Assembly (NCBI GenBank): GCA_043228905.1
Contig: JBHGNT010000007.1
Location: 15,686,001-15,750,000, forward strand
Direction: 5' to 3'
Length of the DNA stretch: 64,000 bases
DNA from: Azolla caroliniana
Lineage: Eukaryota; Plantae; Polypodiophyta
The notes below the pieces were generated by a model. The model searched no databases. It was not told the DNA's origin and saw nothing but the letters and a program-made list of their open reading frames with translations. Of this stretch, positions 48,383 to 58,655 are shown piece by piece. The first letter of the stretch is position 1. The number at the start of each line of letters is the position of its first letter. The translations under genes were made by a program, and so were the position numbers.

Positions 48383-49711
48383 ATGACAGAAAGGTCGAGC
48401 TCAATCGAGGATAGTGAAGGAACAGACACCAACAACAATGATGTAGAGCTCGTCGATCCTCAGCTATGGCATGCATGTGCAGGATCTCAGGTCCTTATTC
48501 CTCCTGTTGGTTCTTATGTTATCTATTTTCCTCAAGGACACGCAGAACATGCAGCTCTTCCTTCAGGTTTCTCTCTAGGGTTTCATGATAGAAGTAGCTT
48601 CCCATGTCGAGTTCTCTCTGTCAAGTTCTTAGCTGACAAAGAAACAGATGAAGTGTTTGCTCGTGTCAGACTCCAGCCGGATACGGACTCTCTGTCCTCC
48701 ATAGATGATTCCGCATCTCCATCTCATCCTTCAAACCAAGGCAAATTAGCCTCATTTGCAAAGACACTTACTCAGAGCGATGCAAACAATGGTGGAGGGT
48801 TCTCTGTGCCTCGCTACTGTGCAGAAACCATATTTCCTCGTCTCGATTACAAGGAGGATCCTCCTGTTCAGCTTGTGCTTGCTAAAGATGTACATGGGAA
48901 GGTCTGGAAATTCAGGCATATTTACAGAGGCACTCCTCGCCGACATCTCTTGACCACGGGATGGAGCAATTTTGTGAACCACAAGAAGCTTGTAGCTGGA
49001 GATGCCATTGTTTTCTTACGCACTGTCAGTGGTGAGCTCTGTGTCGGTGTAAGAAGGGCCACCAAAGGAATTGGCAGGAGTGATCTGCCATTATCGTCTT
49101 CTTCTTCTTCCTCCTCTTCGTGGCATCAACTAGCAACTTCGGCCATTCCTAGGCCTGTGAACTCAAGCTCAAACATGGGTTCTTACAATTTTTTGGAAAA
49201 TGGCTCAGAAGTAGCTCATTTGATGATGCCTAAACCAAGAAATGATTTGTCTTCTTCTTCTTCCTCGTGGCATCAGCTTGCACCATCAGTCTCTCCAAGT
49301 TCCGTAAGCTGGAGCTCGAAACTCTTGGATAATAACTATAAATTTACGGATAACTGCACAGGACTGTCTCAGTATAGCAGACCCAAACCAGAAATGCCGA
49401 CTGCTCTAAGTAGCTTTGCAAGGAACCAAGCACGAATAACAGCCGAATCAGTTGTGGAAGCGTTAGCTCTTGCTGTAGCAGGAGAGGCTTTCGAAGTAGT
49501 ATATTACCCGAGGTCTACCATTTCAGAGTTTTTTGTAAAAGCACAGGCAGTAAGGACCTCTTTACAACAGCGATGGGCTCCAGGGTTGCGTTTCAAGATG
49601 GCTGTAGAGACTGAAGATGCCTCTCGTGTAAGCTGGTTTGTGGGCACTGTTTCAAAGGTTGGAGAGCTTGAGCCTATTAGATGGCCAAACTCTCCCTGGA
49701 AAATTCTTCAG
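48383..49711 (+). CDS. ARF: Class C auxin response factor (ARF10/16/17-like), coding exon 1: B3 DNA-binding and Auxin_resp domains
   Basis: DPQLWHACAG, YFPQGHAEH, SFAKTLTQSDANNGGGFSVPRYCAETIFPRLDY, WKFRHIYRGTPRRHLLTTGWS, FEVVYYPR; donor CAG|GT at 49712. The true start is uncertain (see findings). Confidence 0.96.
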
Positions 49712-50179
49712 GTACTTGTGTATGTTTGCCTCCTAGGTGTTTCTGCATATTGTAATGTCATTATATGTATTGCTCAGAGAGATTTAACTCTCCATGGCAT
49801 AATTGCTTTTGATATATGTACTGTCTAATTTCACGTATTTTTATTTCGGATTATGTACTAGCTGGAGGTTTTACATTCTATATGGAAACCACCTAACTGC
49901 ACTTGAAAGTGCTTATTCATTTGATGAAAAAATACTCACAAAGTGAGGTCTTCAATGTGGATTATTCAAGTTCTAAAATTGGGGAAGAGGATCACTGCAC
50001 TGTAGTAGTATTACTAATCAATATCTGCGGATTTTCTTTTGTCTAGTGTCTTGGTTGGTCAAGAGCTGAATTCTATGCAGTTAAATGCAGGTGTATAGAA
50101 TGTGCACAACAAAAGTCTGAGATAATTGTTCTTATCGGTCCTGTGTCTCACACATTGCCGTGTTATTTTGAAACTACAG

Positions 50180-51111
50180 GTTACATGGGATGAACCAGAC
50201 TTACTACACAGCATCAGTAGGGTGAGTCCTTGGCAAGTGGAGGTTATATCTCCTGCACAGCTTCCACTTATTTCTTTTCCGAAGAAGAAGCTCAGATTTT
50301 CGCAGCCATCAGAAATTCAGTTTGATGGGCAGGGCATTAGTGACCTTTCAAGGTCTTCCCTTGCTAGCCACATGCAAGGGCCCATCAATACATGGTATCA
50401 ACCTATAGAATGCGTGCCTTCAAGCATGCAGGGAGCCAGGCAAGATCAAAATTATGGACCCTCTATCCAACCCTCGAAATGTCAACCAATGAGATCATTG
50501 TTGATGGACTTCTATCAACCTGGAGAGTCATCAGCTGACGACATGGGCCGTTCTATCATTGCCAATGAGCTTTATGAAAGGGATTTCTTTAGTCAGCGCT
50601 GCCCCAGTATTCAGAGTGACCTTTCTACATCACTGGCAGTTGGGAACAATTCTTGGAGCCAACTCACAAATGTGGCGAGTACCAATAGAAGGGGGGGAAG
50701 CATGGGCGACAAGAGTGCAACCTTTATGCTGTTTGGGAAGGCAATAGAGATGTCCGAAGGGAACAAATCACCGGATAGCATCAACCATGATGCGGCATCA
50801 GTTGTAAAAGTACAAGAGGTATATAATAACAGAATTGCTGTAACATCTAATGAAGTGGGTCAGGAAATGTTACCTTTCTTATGTTCACAAGATCGGGAAA
50901 TGTTGTCTGAGACCCAACCCAACTACTGCAGGGTTTATAATGAGAGTGATGATGTAGACAGGAGTGTGGACCTTTCTAGTTTTAGTTCTTTTGAAGAGCT
51001 GTATGAAAGGCTAGAAACTATGTTTGGTGCTGAAAGGTGTCAACTTCTGAACCGCCTCATCTATTTGGACTCGATGGGCTTCCCTAGGTCTGTTGGAGAG
51101 GAGCCATACTG
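50180..51111 (+). CDS. ARF: Class C ARF coding exon 2: middle region, miR160 site, LFG motif, N-part of PB1
   Basis: Acceptor TACAG|GTT; VTWDEPDLL..VSPWQVE; MQGARQ; MLFGK; donor TG|GTAAG at 51112. Confidence 0.93.
50422..50442 (+). promoter_or_regulatory. miR160 target site
   Basis: AAGCATGCAGGGAGCCAGGCA versus miR160 UGCCUGGCUCCCUGUAUGCCA: perfect at positions 1-14, G:U at 15, mismatches at 20-21. Confidence 0.93.
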
Positions 51112-51195
51112 GTAAGGGTCATACTACATAGTTTTTATTTTATTTTATTCTTTTACTTCTTCCACCATTCCCATGCTGACTTTTCATATGTCCAG

Positions 51196-51265
51196 TGAAT
51201 TTTCAAGGAACGTTAGAAAGCTAAAGATACTCTCAGAATCAAGCAGTGAAAGTGCCACAAAATAG
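51196..51265 (+). CDS. ARF: Class C ARF coding exon 3 (end of PB1)
   Basis: Acceptor CCAG|T; the phase-2 join gives EEPYCEFSRNVRKLKILSESSSESATK*; total CDS 2331 nt = 776 aa. Confidence 0.85.
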
Positions 51266-52111
51266 GAGTGAGAATGACGTCTCGTCTTTTTTCTAATAAG
51301 TTGGATGGCTACACGATGAGGATTTTGCATTGATTTAACCTCAATGCAGACACTACGACACTTGGAGAGTAAAGAAAGCTAGTTGTCGTCTATGTTCTTC
51401 TTTTGTGCAGAGTAAAGGAAATTAGTTGTTGTCTATGCTCAGAACCTCTGTGACTCCGCTTGGTCATCAGCTATTGCCAGCTGTCCCATCCATCAAAGTT
51501 TTTTTGCTGGAATGGAAGCATCTAGTTTGGTAAACATTAGAGAATACATCTCTCTCTCTGAATTGTAATTGCTATGAAAAATGTGATCAAATCCGAAAGG
51601 CTGAAATTGTGCAATTCATTGGAATGCTTTTGGATGTCGTTATGGGAGGCAAAAATTTATCTGTAAATCAGTAAGAAAACAAACTCGATCATGGCGTCTT
51701 TCCACAAGATCTCTTTCAAACATAATTGCTAATATTCATGAGTCATAAAACCTGTTTCTATTTGACACTTGCTTGAACTCTATTGTTGAAAAGGATGAGC
51801 CCATGTAAGTGAATAAATTGTATGAATTTCAGGTAATCCCCCAAGTGTGTTCATTCTTCATTAATTTGATTTTCTTGTTTTTGTTTATAACAAAGGTGAC
51901 ATTACGTGAAGGTGTGCATTCATGATGTTTATGACACTGCTGGAACTTGATACAGGCAGATGGATGTCAAATTTTTTGGGCATTGAGACTGTTGAAAACT
52001 GTTGAGCAATAAGCTGCAAGTTGGCTGGATGCATGGTTAAAGATAGGTTGTATGCATGTTTAAAGATATCGCACTCTAGATGTTGCCCAATGGGTATTGC
52101 AATTTGGTGTC

Positions 52112-52393
52112 TGGCAATCGGCAACTGTTTGGTTTGAACTGAACCGAACTGTAAACCATGGCTTAATGGCTTAACGATTTAGTTTAGTTTAGGTTCAAGT
52201 TTTTTGTAATGGTTTGGTTTGGTTTAAGTTTTTTTAATGGTTCTGTTCTTTTTGGGGGGTCGATGATTTAGTTTAGACAATTAGATCATTTAGGGTTGCC
52301 ACTTAATTATTTTCTTAAATATTATTTTGGACAACCTTTTCATTTTTAAGACTAATTTTGAACCGAACTTAGCTGAATTGTTGCCAATTGCTA
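52112..52393. mobile_element. hAT-type MITE (282 bp)
   Basis: Imperfect TIRs TGGCAATCGGCAAC / GTTGCCAATTGCTA; 8-bp TSD TTGGTGTC/ATGGTGTC; internal AACCG/GGTTT motifs. Confidence 0.7.
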
Positions 52394-52924
52394 ATGGTGT
52401 CTCTCGGAGTAGATATTCTAGAATCAAACACTCAAAGATCCCATCCACAAGTATGCATATTTGAAAACACTGGTAGGAATGTTCAATGAGTCTTGTCAGA
52501 TGAGTTTTGTGAAGAGTTGATTTGTATGGTTTTGATTCTTGAAGCTTTACAAAGCTTGTGGTGGTGGATTAATATACAAAACTTGTCTTCACAAAGTAAG
52601 AAATGCTGCTTGGGAGAAGGCTCATTTGTAGAGTGTAATGTGATGCTTTCAAACAAGCTTTGTAATGTTAAGTTTCATGACTTTGTAACTTAAGGAATAC
52701 AACTTGGAAACTAGACTCCATGTGTACCCAATGATAAAGAAAGTATGTGTCGATTTGAGCATATGTCTCATAGTTTATGCAAGTTGGATGGATGACTTAT
52801 GCATGCCAATGCCTTTTGAGCATAGTGACTATTTGTCTCATAGTTTATGCAAGTTGAATGACTTATGCATGTTGAGATTTCTATGTCTTGTCTACTCAAA
52901 TGACATTCTCAAGAATATTACTAT

Positions 52925-53092
52925 TGTAAAGAGTTACGCACGGAAGCTCGTAGACACAACCGACTCAACCAGATATCAACAAAAAATGAACAAAAGTTTA
53001 ATGGAAAGCTTGGAAATACACAAAGAGTACGCGGGAGACACACACACACACACACACAGAGCAGAACACAATGTCTATTTCAAAATGACACT
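52925..53092 (-). mobile_element. LTR end fragment of the family at 41275
   Basis: Shares GTAGACACAA..GTTTAATGGAAAGCTTG..CACAAAGAGTA.GCGGGAGA with 41275-41440. Confidence 0.7.
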
Positions 53093-53455
53093 TGTAAAGA
53101 ATCGATGGTGATTCTGTGCGGCAGAATAGGTTAGAGATGTGTGTTGTGTGTGTGTGTGTGTGTTTGAGAAGAGGAGAGGAGAGAGACACAAGATAAATGA
53201 AATGGAAAATAGAATACTCAAGAAGATGTATATTGCAAAGGAGATTAACCGACACATTACAAAGTAGGAGGGTGCTTTATATAGTGAGTCACCCTCTCTC
53301 TTCATTAATTACTGAGGCTCATTGGTCATGGGGAATGTGGAAACTCACTAGTTGTGTGTCATAAAATATGATTCTATGACACATAGTTGTTGGGATTTCG
53401 GTCCCTCCGGATGGGATGTCCGGAGATGAATGACGGCAAGCCCGGTTGCGGTTAC

Positions 53456-53720
53456 GGAGCCGGATGATGAAGACCCCGGCTACGGTGCCAGATGATGAAG
53501 ACCCCGGCTACGGAGCCGGATGATGAATACCCCGGCTACGGAGCCGGATGATGAAGACCCCGGCTACGGTGCCGGATGATGAAGACCCCGGCTACAGAGC
53601 CGGATGATGAATACCCCGGCTACGGAGCCGGATGATGAAGACCCCGGCTACGGAGCCGGATGATGAATACCCCGGCTACGGAGCCGGATGCTGAAGACCC
53701 CGGTTACGGAGCCGGATGAC
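53456..53720. repeat. 28-bp tandem array in U3 of the 5' LTR (9 units plus a partial)
   Basis: GGAGCCGGATGATGAA(G/T)ACCCCGGCTAC. Confidence 0.95.
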
Positions 53721-54210
53721 GAATGTACCCGGAGGGAGATCCGGATGCGGGGACATATTTGTGAATATGTTTGCCAAGAGCCCTTGAGGCTATATTTGTA
53801 AATAGCCCGAAAGTCATATGTGTATAAATATGACTTAGGGCAAACAGTTTATGTTGTTGCTTAATTTTCATGCGAAGTGAGAGCAGCCGAGAGAGAGAGA
53901 GAGAGAGAGAGAGACGAAGAGGTCGTTGCCTCTGTGTATTGCCGCCGCCTGTGGCGAAGACAGTGAGCTCAAGGTTGTTGCCTTGTAGCTTCACCAGTGT
54001 ACATCCCTGTTCATAGTGATAGTTGGAGTTTGAGGACTCCCGTGGTTTTTCCCATTTAGGGTTTTCCACGTAAAACATCCAGTGTACCTTTCTCTCTATT
54101 GTTTTGTGCATTTTGTATTTCCTGTTTTCTGTGAGTTGATCCCATTCCTTGGTTGTGGCCGAGCACCCTTTTTTCAACAAACTGGTATCAGAGCGACGGT
54201 AACACAGAAA

Positions 54211-57200
54211 ATGGAAGGCGGCGGTAGTGGGCCTCCGGGCATGATGGTGTTGAACTCACAGAACTACGCCGACTGGAAGATAAAGATGGAAGACCTTCTC
54301 ATCGTCCGAGACCTGTACGAACCGATCGACAATGCCGAGATACCCAAGGGAGTAATAGAGTCGGAGTGGAAGCTCCTGAACCGGAAAGCCGTAGCGACGA
54401 TTCGGCAATATGTCGATGTAAGCGTCCTACAACATGTGGCGAACGACACCAACGCATATGAGATGTGGAAGAAGCTGTCGGGCCTCTACGAGAGGAAGAA
54501 TGCGTTGAACCGGACCTCCCTGATGAGGAAGATAGTGAACCTCAAGTACCGGGACGACGAGAATATGGTGGAACACGTGAGCACGTTCATGGGATTCGTG
54601 AACCAGCTTGCGGCGATCAAGTTCCCGTTGGAGGATGCAATGCAAGCCATCATTCTGAAGTGTACATTGCCGGAAAGCTGGGAGAACTTGGTGGTGACTC
54701 TCAGCACCTCCTGCACCGAAGATAACTTGTCTCTACAAACGGTAAAGACAAGCATTTTGAACGAAGAAGCGCGTTGGAGAGATAAAGAACCGGCCTCCGA
54801 CTCGAAGGCGCTGCTTACCGAATCGGATCGGGGAAGACAATGGAACCGGAGTCCGCAAAGACGGGAGAAGTCGGGGACCCGGTCGCAGTCAAGAGGAAGG
54901 CCCACATGCTTCCACTGTGGGAAGCCGGGGCACTTCCGGAAGAATTGTCGGCATTACCGAAAGGACAACGGAGCCGACGACACCGATTCGAAGAAGTCAC
55001 CGGAGAGAAACGGTGCATACCGGGGAGCCACGGACCGGAGAGGTCCGGATCGGCGAGGGCAGGACCGGAAAGGAACGACGGCACTCGCGGCAAGTGAAGA
55101 AGAGATAATGCTCATTACCGAAGAGAGGGAGCTGAACCTTGCCGGTGTAGAGATGACCTGGGTGGTCGATTCCGGAGCGTCGTTCCACCTGACCCCAGAG
55201 AAGAAATACTTCTCATCCTACACAGCCGGTGAGCATGGCTGTGTCCGGATGGGAAATGAAGGCACATGCCGGATTGCCGGCATAGGAGACGTGTGGCTGA
55301 TGACATCAACCGGATGCAAGATGCTGCTGAAGGATGTGCGACACGTTCCGGAGGTCCGATTGAACCTGATCTCGGCCGGGAGGCTAGATGATGAAGGCTA
55401 CACGGGTAGCATCCGGAACGGTGTCATGAAGTTCAGCAAGGGGAGCCTGATAGTGGCTCGGGCCCGGAAGGTCAACACACTGTACCTGATGAACTCCCGG
55501 CTATGTCCGGAAGAGCTGAATGTGGCAGCCGACACTGCCGGTGAGCTGTGGCACAAAAGACTGTGCCACATGAGTGAGAAGGGGATGAAGAGGCTTGCAG
55601 AAGACAACCTTATCCCAGTGAAGCATGTGCACCTGGAAAAGTGCATAGATTGCCTGGCCGGTAAGCAGAACCGAACCTCCTTCCACTCAAGGCCACCGAC
55701 GAGACGTAGCGCACCATTGGAGTTGGTGCACACCGATGTGTGTCAGGTAGAAACGAAGTCACATGGCGGAGCCCAGTACTTCGTAACATTCATAGATGAT
55801 CATAGCCGAAGACTGTGGACGGCACCGATGAAGACAAAGGACCAAGTGTTGTCCGTCTTCAAAGAACTCCACGCGAGAGTGGAAAGAGAATCCGGCAAGA
55901 AGCTGAAAGCGATACGAGCGGATAACGGAGGGGAATACCGGGGGCAGTTCCAGGAGTACTGTCGCTCGAAGGGGATCCGGCTCGAGTTTACTGTGCCGAA
56001 GACGCCGGAATTGAACGGGCTGGCCGAGAGGATGAACCGGACCATAATGGAGAGGGTCCGGAGTATGCTGGCGCATGCGAAATTACCCAAGGGGTTTTGG
56101 GCTGAGGCAATGTCGACGGCGACGTATGTGATAAATAGATCACCCTCAGTACCTTTGGACGGAGACACGCCGCAGAAAGTGTGGACCGGTAAGGAAGTGT
56201 CCTACCGGCATCTGAAGGTGTTCGGGTGTCTCGCATACGTGCATGTGGCAAAGGACCGGAGAGGAAAGCTAGATCCAAAGACCCGGCCATGCATATTCCT
56301 CGGTTACGGCGACGACGAGTTCGGCTACCGAGTATGGGACCCGGTCGACAAGAAGATATTCAGGAGTCGAGATATCATCTTCATGGAGAACAAGACACTC
56401 GCCGACTGGGAGTCGGAGAAGAAGATGAAGAGCTCCAAGTCGACCGGTGAGGATCAACTCTACGAGGAGCAGTCCCGACCGGCAAGGGACCGGTTAGCTC
56501 TCGAGGATCCGGCCGAAGACGGTGAAGAAACAGAACCGGCCGAAGAAGATGAAAATGATACCGGAACCGGCCCCGATCCCGAAATGGATTCGGATGAAGA
56601 AGAATCGGAAGAACCGGTTACCGAAGCTCCGGAACGGAGATATCCTCTAAGAGAGAGAAGGCCCCCCCGGAGATTTCCAGAACCAGAGCACGTGCTGCTA
56701 ACCGACGAGGGGGAGCCGGAGAGCTTTGAAGAAGCAAAGCATGACACCCAGAGCCGCAGGTGGTTGAGTGCCATGCAGGACGAGATGGATTCCCTGCATG
56801 AGAACCACACATATGAACTTGTGGAGTTGCCGAAAGGAAAGCGGGCACTTCGAAACAAGTGGGTGTTCAAGCTGAAACCGGGAGATGCCGGAAACCCCCC
56901 GAGATACAAAGCCAGGATCGTGGTGAAGGGGTTTCAGCAGAAGAAGGGCGTCGACTTCGACGAGATATTTGCCCCGGTAGTGAAGATGACCTCCATCCGG
57001 ACGGTGCTGAGCATAGCGGCAAGCATGGACCTCGAGGTAGAACAGATGGACGTGAAGACGGCATTCCTCCACGGTGACCTCGAAGAAGAGATCTACATGC
57101 AGCAACCGGAAGGATTCGAGAAGAAAGGGAAGGAGCACCTGGTATGCCGGTTGAAGAAGAGCCTTTACGGACTGAAGCAGGCTCCCCGGCAATGGTACCG

Positions 57201-58284
57201 GAAGTTCGACTCCTTCATGACCGACGAAGGGTACCACAAAACGCAGTCCGATCACTGCGTGTTTGTGAAGAAGTTCGAAGGAGGAGACTTTCTAATACTC
57301 CTCCTATACGTGGACGACATGTTGATCGTCGGACGGGACCAGGTCAAGATACGGATGCTGAAGAAGGCTCTTCACCGAACCTTCTCAATGAAGGACCTGG
57401 GTCCGGCGAGGCAAATACTAGGGATGCACATCATCCGGGACCGGAAGAAGAAGCAGTTGTGGCTGTCACAGGAGAAGTACGTGACAAAGGTGCTTCACCG
57501 GTTCAACATGTCGGAAGCAAGACCGGTCGGGTCAACCCTCCCGGCAAACTGCAAGTTGTCCAGCAAGCAGAGCCCCAAGACAAAGGCTGAGAAGGAGGAC
57601 ATGATGAAAGTACCATATGCCTCCGCCGTCGGAAGCTTGATGTACGCAATGGTGTGTACAAGACCGGACATAGGATACGCAGTCGGAGTGGTGAGCCGGT
57701 ACATGAGCAATCCCGGCAAAGACCACTGGAACGCGGTCAAGTGGATACTCCGATACCTGAAGGGCACGGCAAACGTGTGCCTCCGATTCGGCTCCGGTAA
57801 GCCCGAACTCGACAGCTTTACCGATTCGGATATGTCGGCTGATGAAGATACCAGCCGGTCCACATCAGGGTATGTGATGACGTATGCAGGGGGAGCTGTT
57901 TCGTGGCAGTCGAGGCTGCAGAAGACGGTTGCGTTGTCAACCACGGAGGCGGAGTACATGGCGGCTGTTGAAGCCGGCAAGGAAATAATATGGATGAAGG
58001 ACTTCATTAGAGAGCTCGGTATCCGACAAGAGGAGTACCGACTCTACTGCGACAGTCAGAGTGCCATCCACCTTGCGAAGAACGCGGCCTATCACTCCCG
58101 GACGAAGCACATCCAGCGAAGATATCACTGGATCCGGGAAAGGATAGAAGACCAGGAGTTCATGCTGACGAAGATCCACACGGAAGAGAACGGGTCAGAT
58201 ATGCTGACCAAAGTGCTCACACCCGACAAGCTGGAAGCGTGCCGGAAGAGGGTCGGATTGGAGAGACATCCCATGCCGAAGTGA
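54211..58284 (+). CDS. Gag-Pol polyprotein (1357 aa from the ATG at 54211)
   Basis: CFHCGKPGHFRKNC; WVVDSGAS; HKRLCH..CIDC; VHTDVC, RADNGGEY, NGLAERMN; QMDVKTAFLHG, YVDDM; TDSD, EAEY, CDSQS, SDMLTK. Confidence 0.97.
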   Translation: MEGGGSGPPGMMVLNSQNYADWKIKMEDLLIVRDLYEPIDNAEIPKGVIESEWKLLNRKAVATIRQYVDVSVLQHVANDTNAYEMWKKLSGLYERKNALNRTSLMRKIVNLKYRDDENMVEHVSTFMGFVNQLAAIKFPLEDAMQAIILKCTLPESWENLVVTLSTSCTEDNLSLQTVKTSILNEEARWRDKEPASDSKALLTESDRGRQWNRSPQRREKSGTRSQSRGRPTCFHCGKPGHFRKNCRHYRKDNGADDTDSKKSPERNGAYRGATDRRGPDRRGQDRKGTTALAASEEEIMLITEERELNLAGVEMTWVVDSGASFHLTPEKKYFSSYTAGEHGCVRMGNEGTCRIAGIGDVWLMTSTGCKMLLKDVRHVPEVRLNLISAGRLDDEGYTGSIRNGVMKFSKGSLIVARARKVNTLYLMNSRLCPEELNVAADTAGELWHKRLCHMSEKGMKRLAEDNLIPVKHVHLEKCIDCLAGKQNRTSFHSRPPTRRSAPLELVHTDVCQVETKSHGGAQYFVTFIDDHSRRLWTAPMKTKDQVLSVFKELHARVERESGKKLKAIRADNGGEYRGQFQEYCRSKGIRLEFTVPKTPELNGLAERMNRTIMERVRSMLAHAKLPKGFWAEAMSTATYVINRSPSVPLDGDTPQKVWTGKEVSYRHLKVFGCLAYVHVAKDRRGKLDPKTRPCIFLGYGDDEFGYRVWDPVDKKIFRSRDIIFMENKTLADWESEKKMKSSKSTGEDQLYEEQSRPARDRLALEDPAEDGEETEPAEEDENDTGTGPDPEMDSDEEESEEPVTEAPERRYPLRERRPPRRFPEPEHVLLTDEGEPESFEEAKHDTQSRRWLSAMQDEMDSLHENHTYELVELPKGKRALRNKWVFKLKPGDAGNPPRYKARIVVKGFQQKKGVDFDEIFAPVVKMTSIRTVLSIAASMDLEVEQMDVKTAFLHGDLEEEIYMQQPEGFEKKGKEHLVCRLKKSLYGLKQAPRQWYRKFDSFMTDEGYHKTQSDHCVFVKKFEGGDFLILLLYVDDMLIVGRDQVKIRMLKKALHRTFSMKDLGPARQILGMHIIRDRKKKQLWLSQEKYVTKVLHRFNMSEARPVGSTLPANCKLSSKQSPKTKAEKEDMMKVPYASAVGSLMYAMVCTRPDIGYAVGVVSRYMSNPGKDHWNAVKWILRYLKGTANVCLRFGSGKPELDSFTDSDMSADEDTSRSTSGYVMTYAGGAVSWQSRLQKTVALSTTEAEYMAAVEAGKEIIWMKDFIRELGIRQEEYRLYCDSQSAIHLAKNAAYHSRTKHIQRRYHWIRERIEDQEFMLTKIHTEENGSDMLTKVLTPDKLEACRKRVGLERHPMPK

Positions 58285-58362
58285 AGGGGGAGTTTGTTGG
58301 GATTTCGGTCCCTCCGGATGGGATGTCCGGAGATGAATGACGGCAAGCCCGGTTGCGGTTAC

Positions 58363-58655
58363 GGAGCCGGATGATGAAGACCCCGGCTACGGTGCCAGAT
58401 GATGAAGACCCCGGCTACGGAGCCGGATGATGAATACCCCGGCTACGGAGCCGGATGATGAAGACCCCGGCTACGGTGCCGGATGATGAAGACCCCGGCT
58501 ACGGAGCCGGATGATGAATACCCCGGCTACGGAGCCGGATGATGAAGACCCCGGCTACGGAGCCGGATGATGAAGACCCCGGCTACGGAGCCGGATGATG
58601 AATACCCCGGCTACGGAGCCGGATGCTGAAGACCCCGGTTACGGAGCCGGATGAC
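58363..58655. repeat. 28-bp tandem array in U3 of the 3' LTR (10 units plus a partial)
   Basis: Same unit with one more copy. Confidence 0.95.

Noticed and set aside
49712-49828. C-terminal tail of the 481-aa ARF ORF
   Set aside because: Intron read-through; the conserved LQ|VTWDEP junction is restored by splicing to 50180
53456-53720. 28-bp repeats as a CRISPR array or C/D snoRNA cluster (each unit contains ATGATGA)
   Set aside because: No spacers, eukaryotic context, units lie inside LTR U3, and there is no D box in each unit
54082-54210. N-terminal extension of the 1400-aa ORF
   Set aside because: It starts at a non-ATG codon inside the LTR and reads through the PBS; the ATG at 54211 is the plausible start
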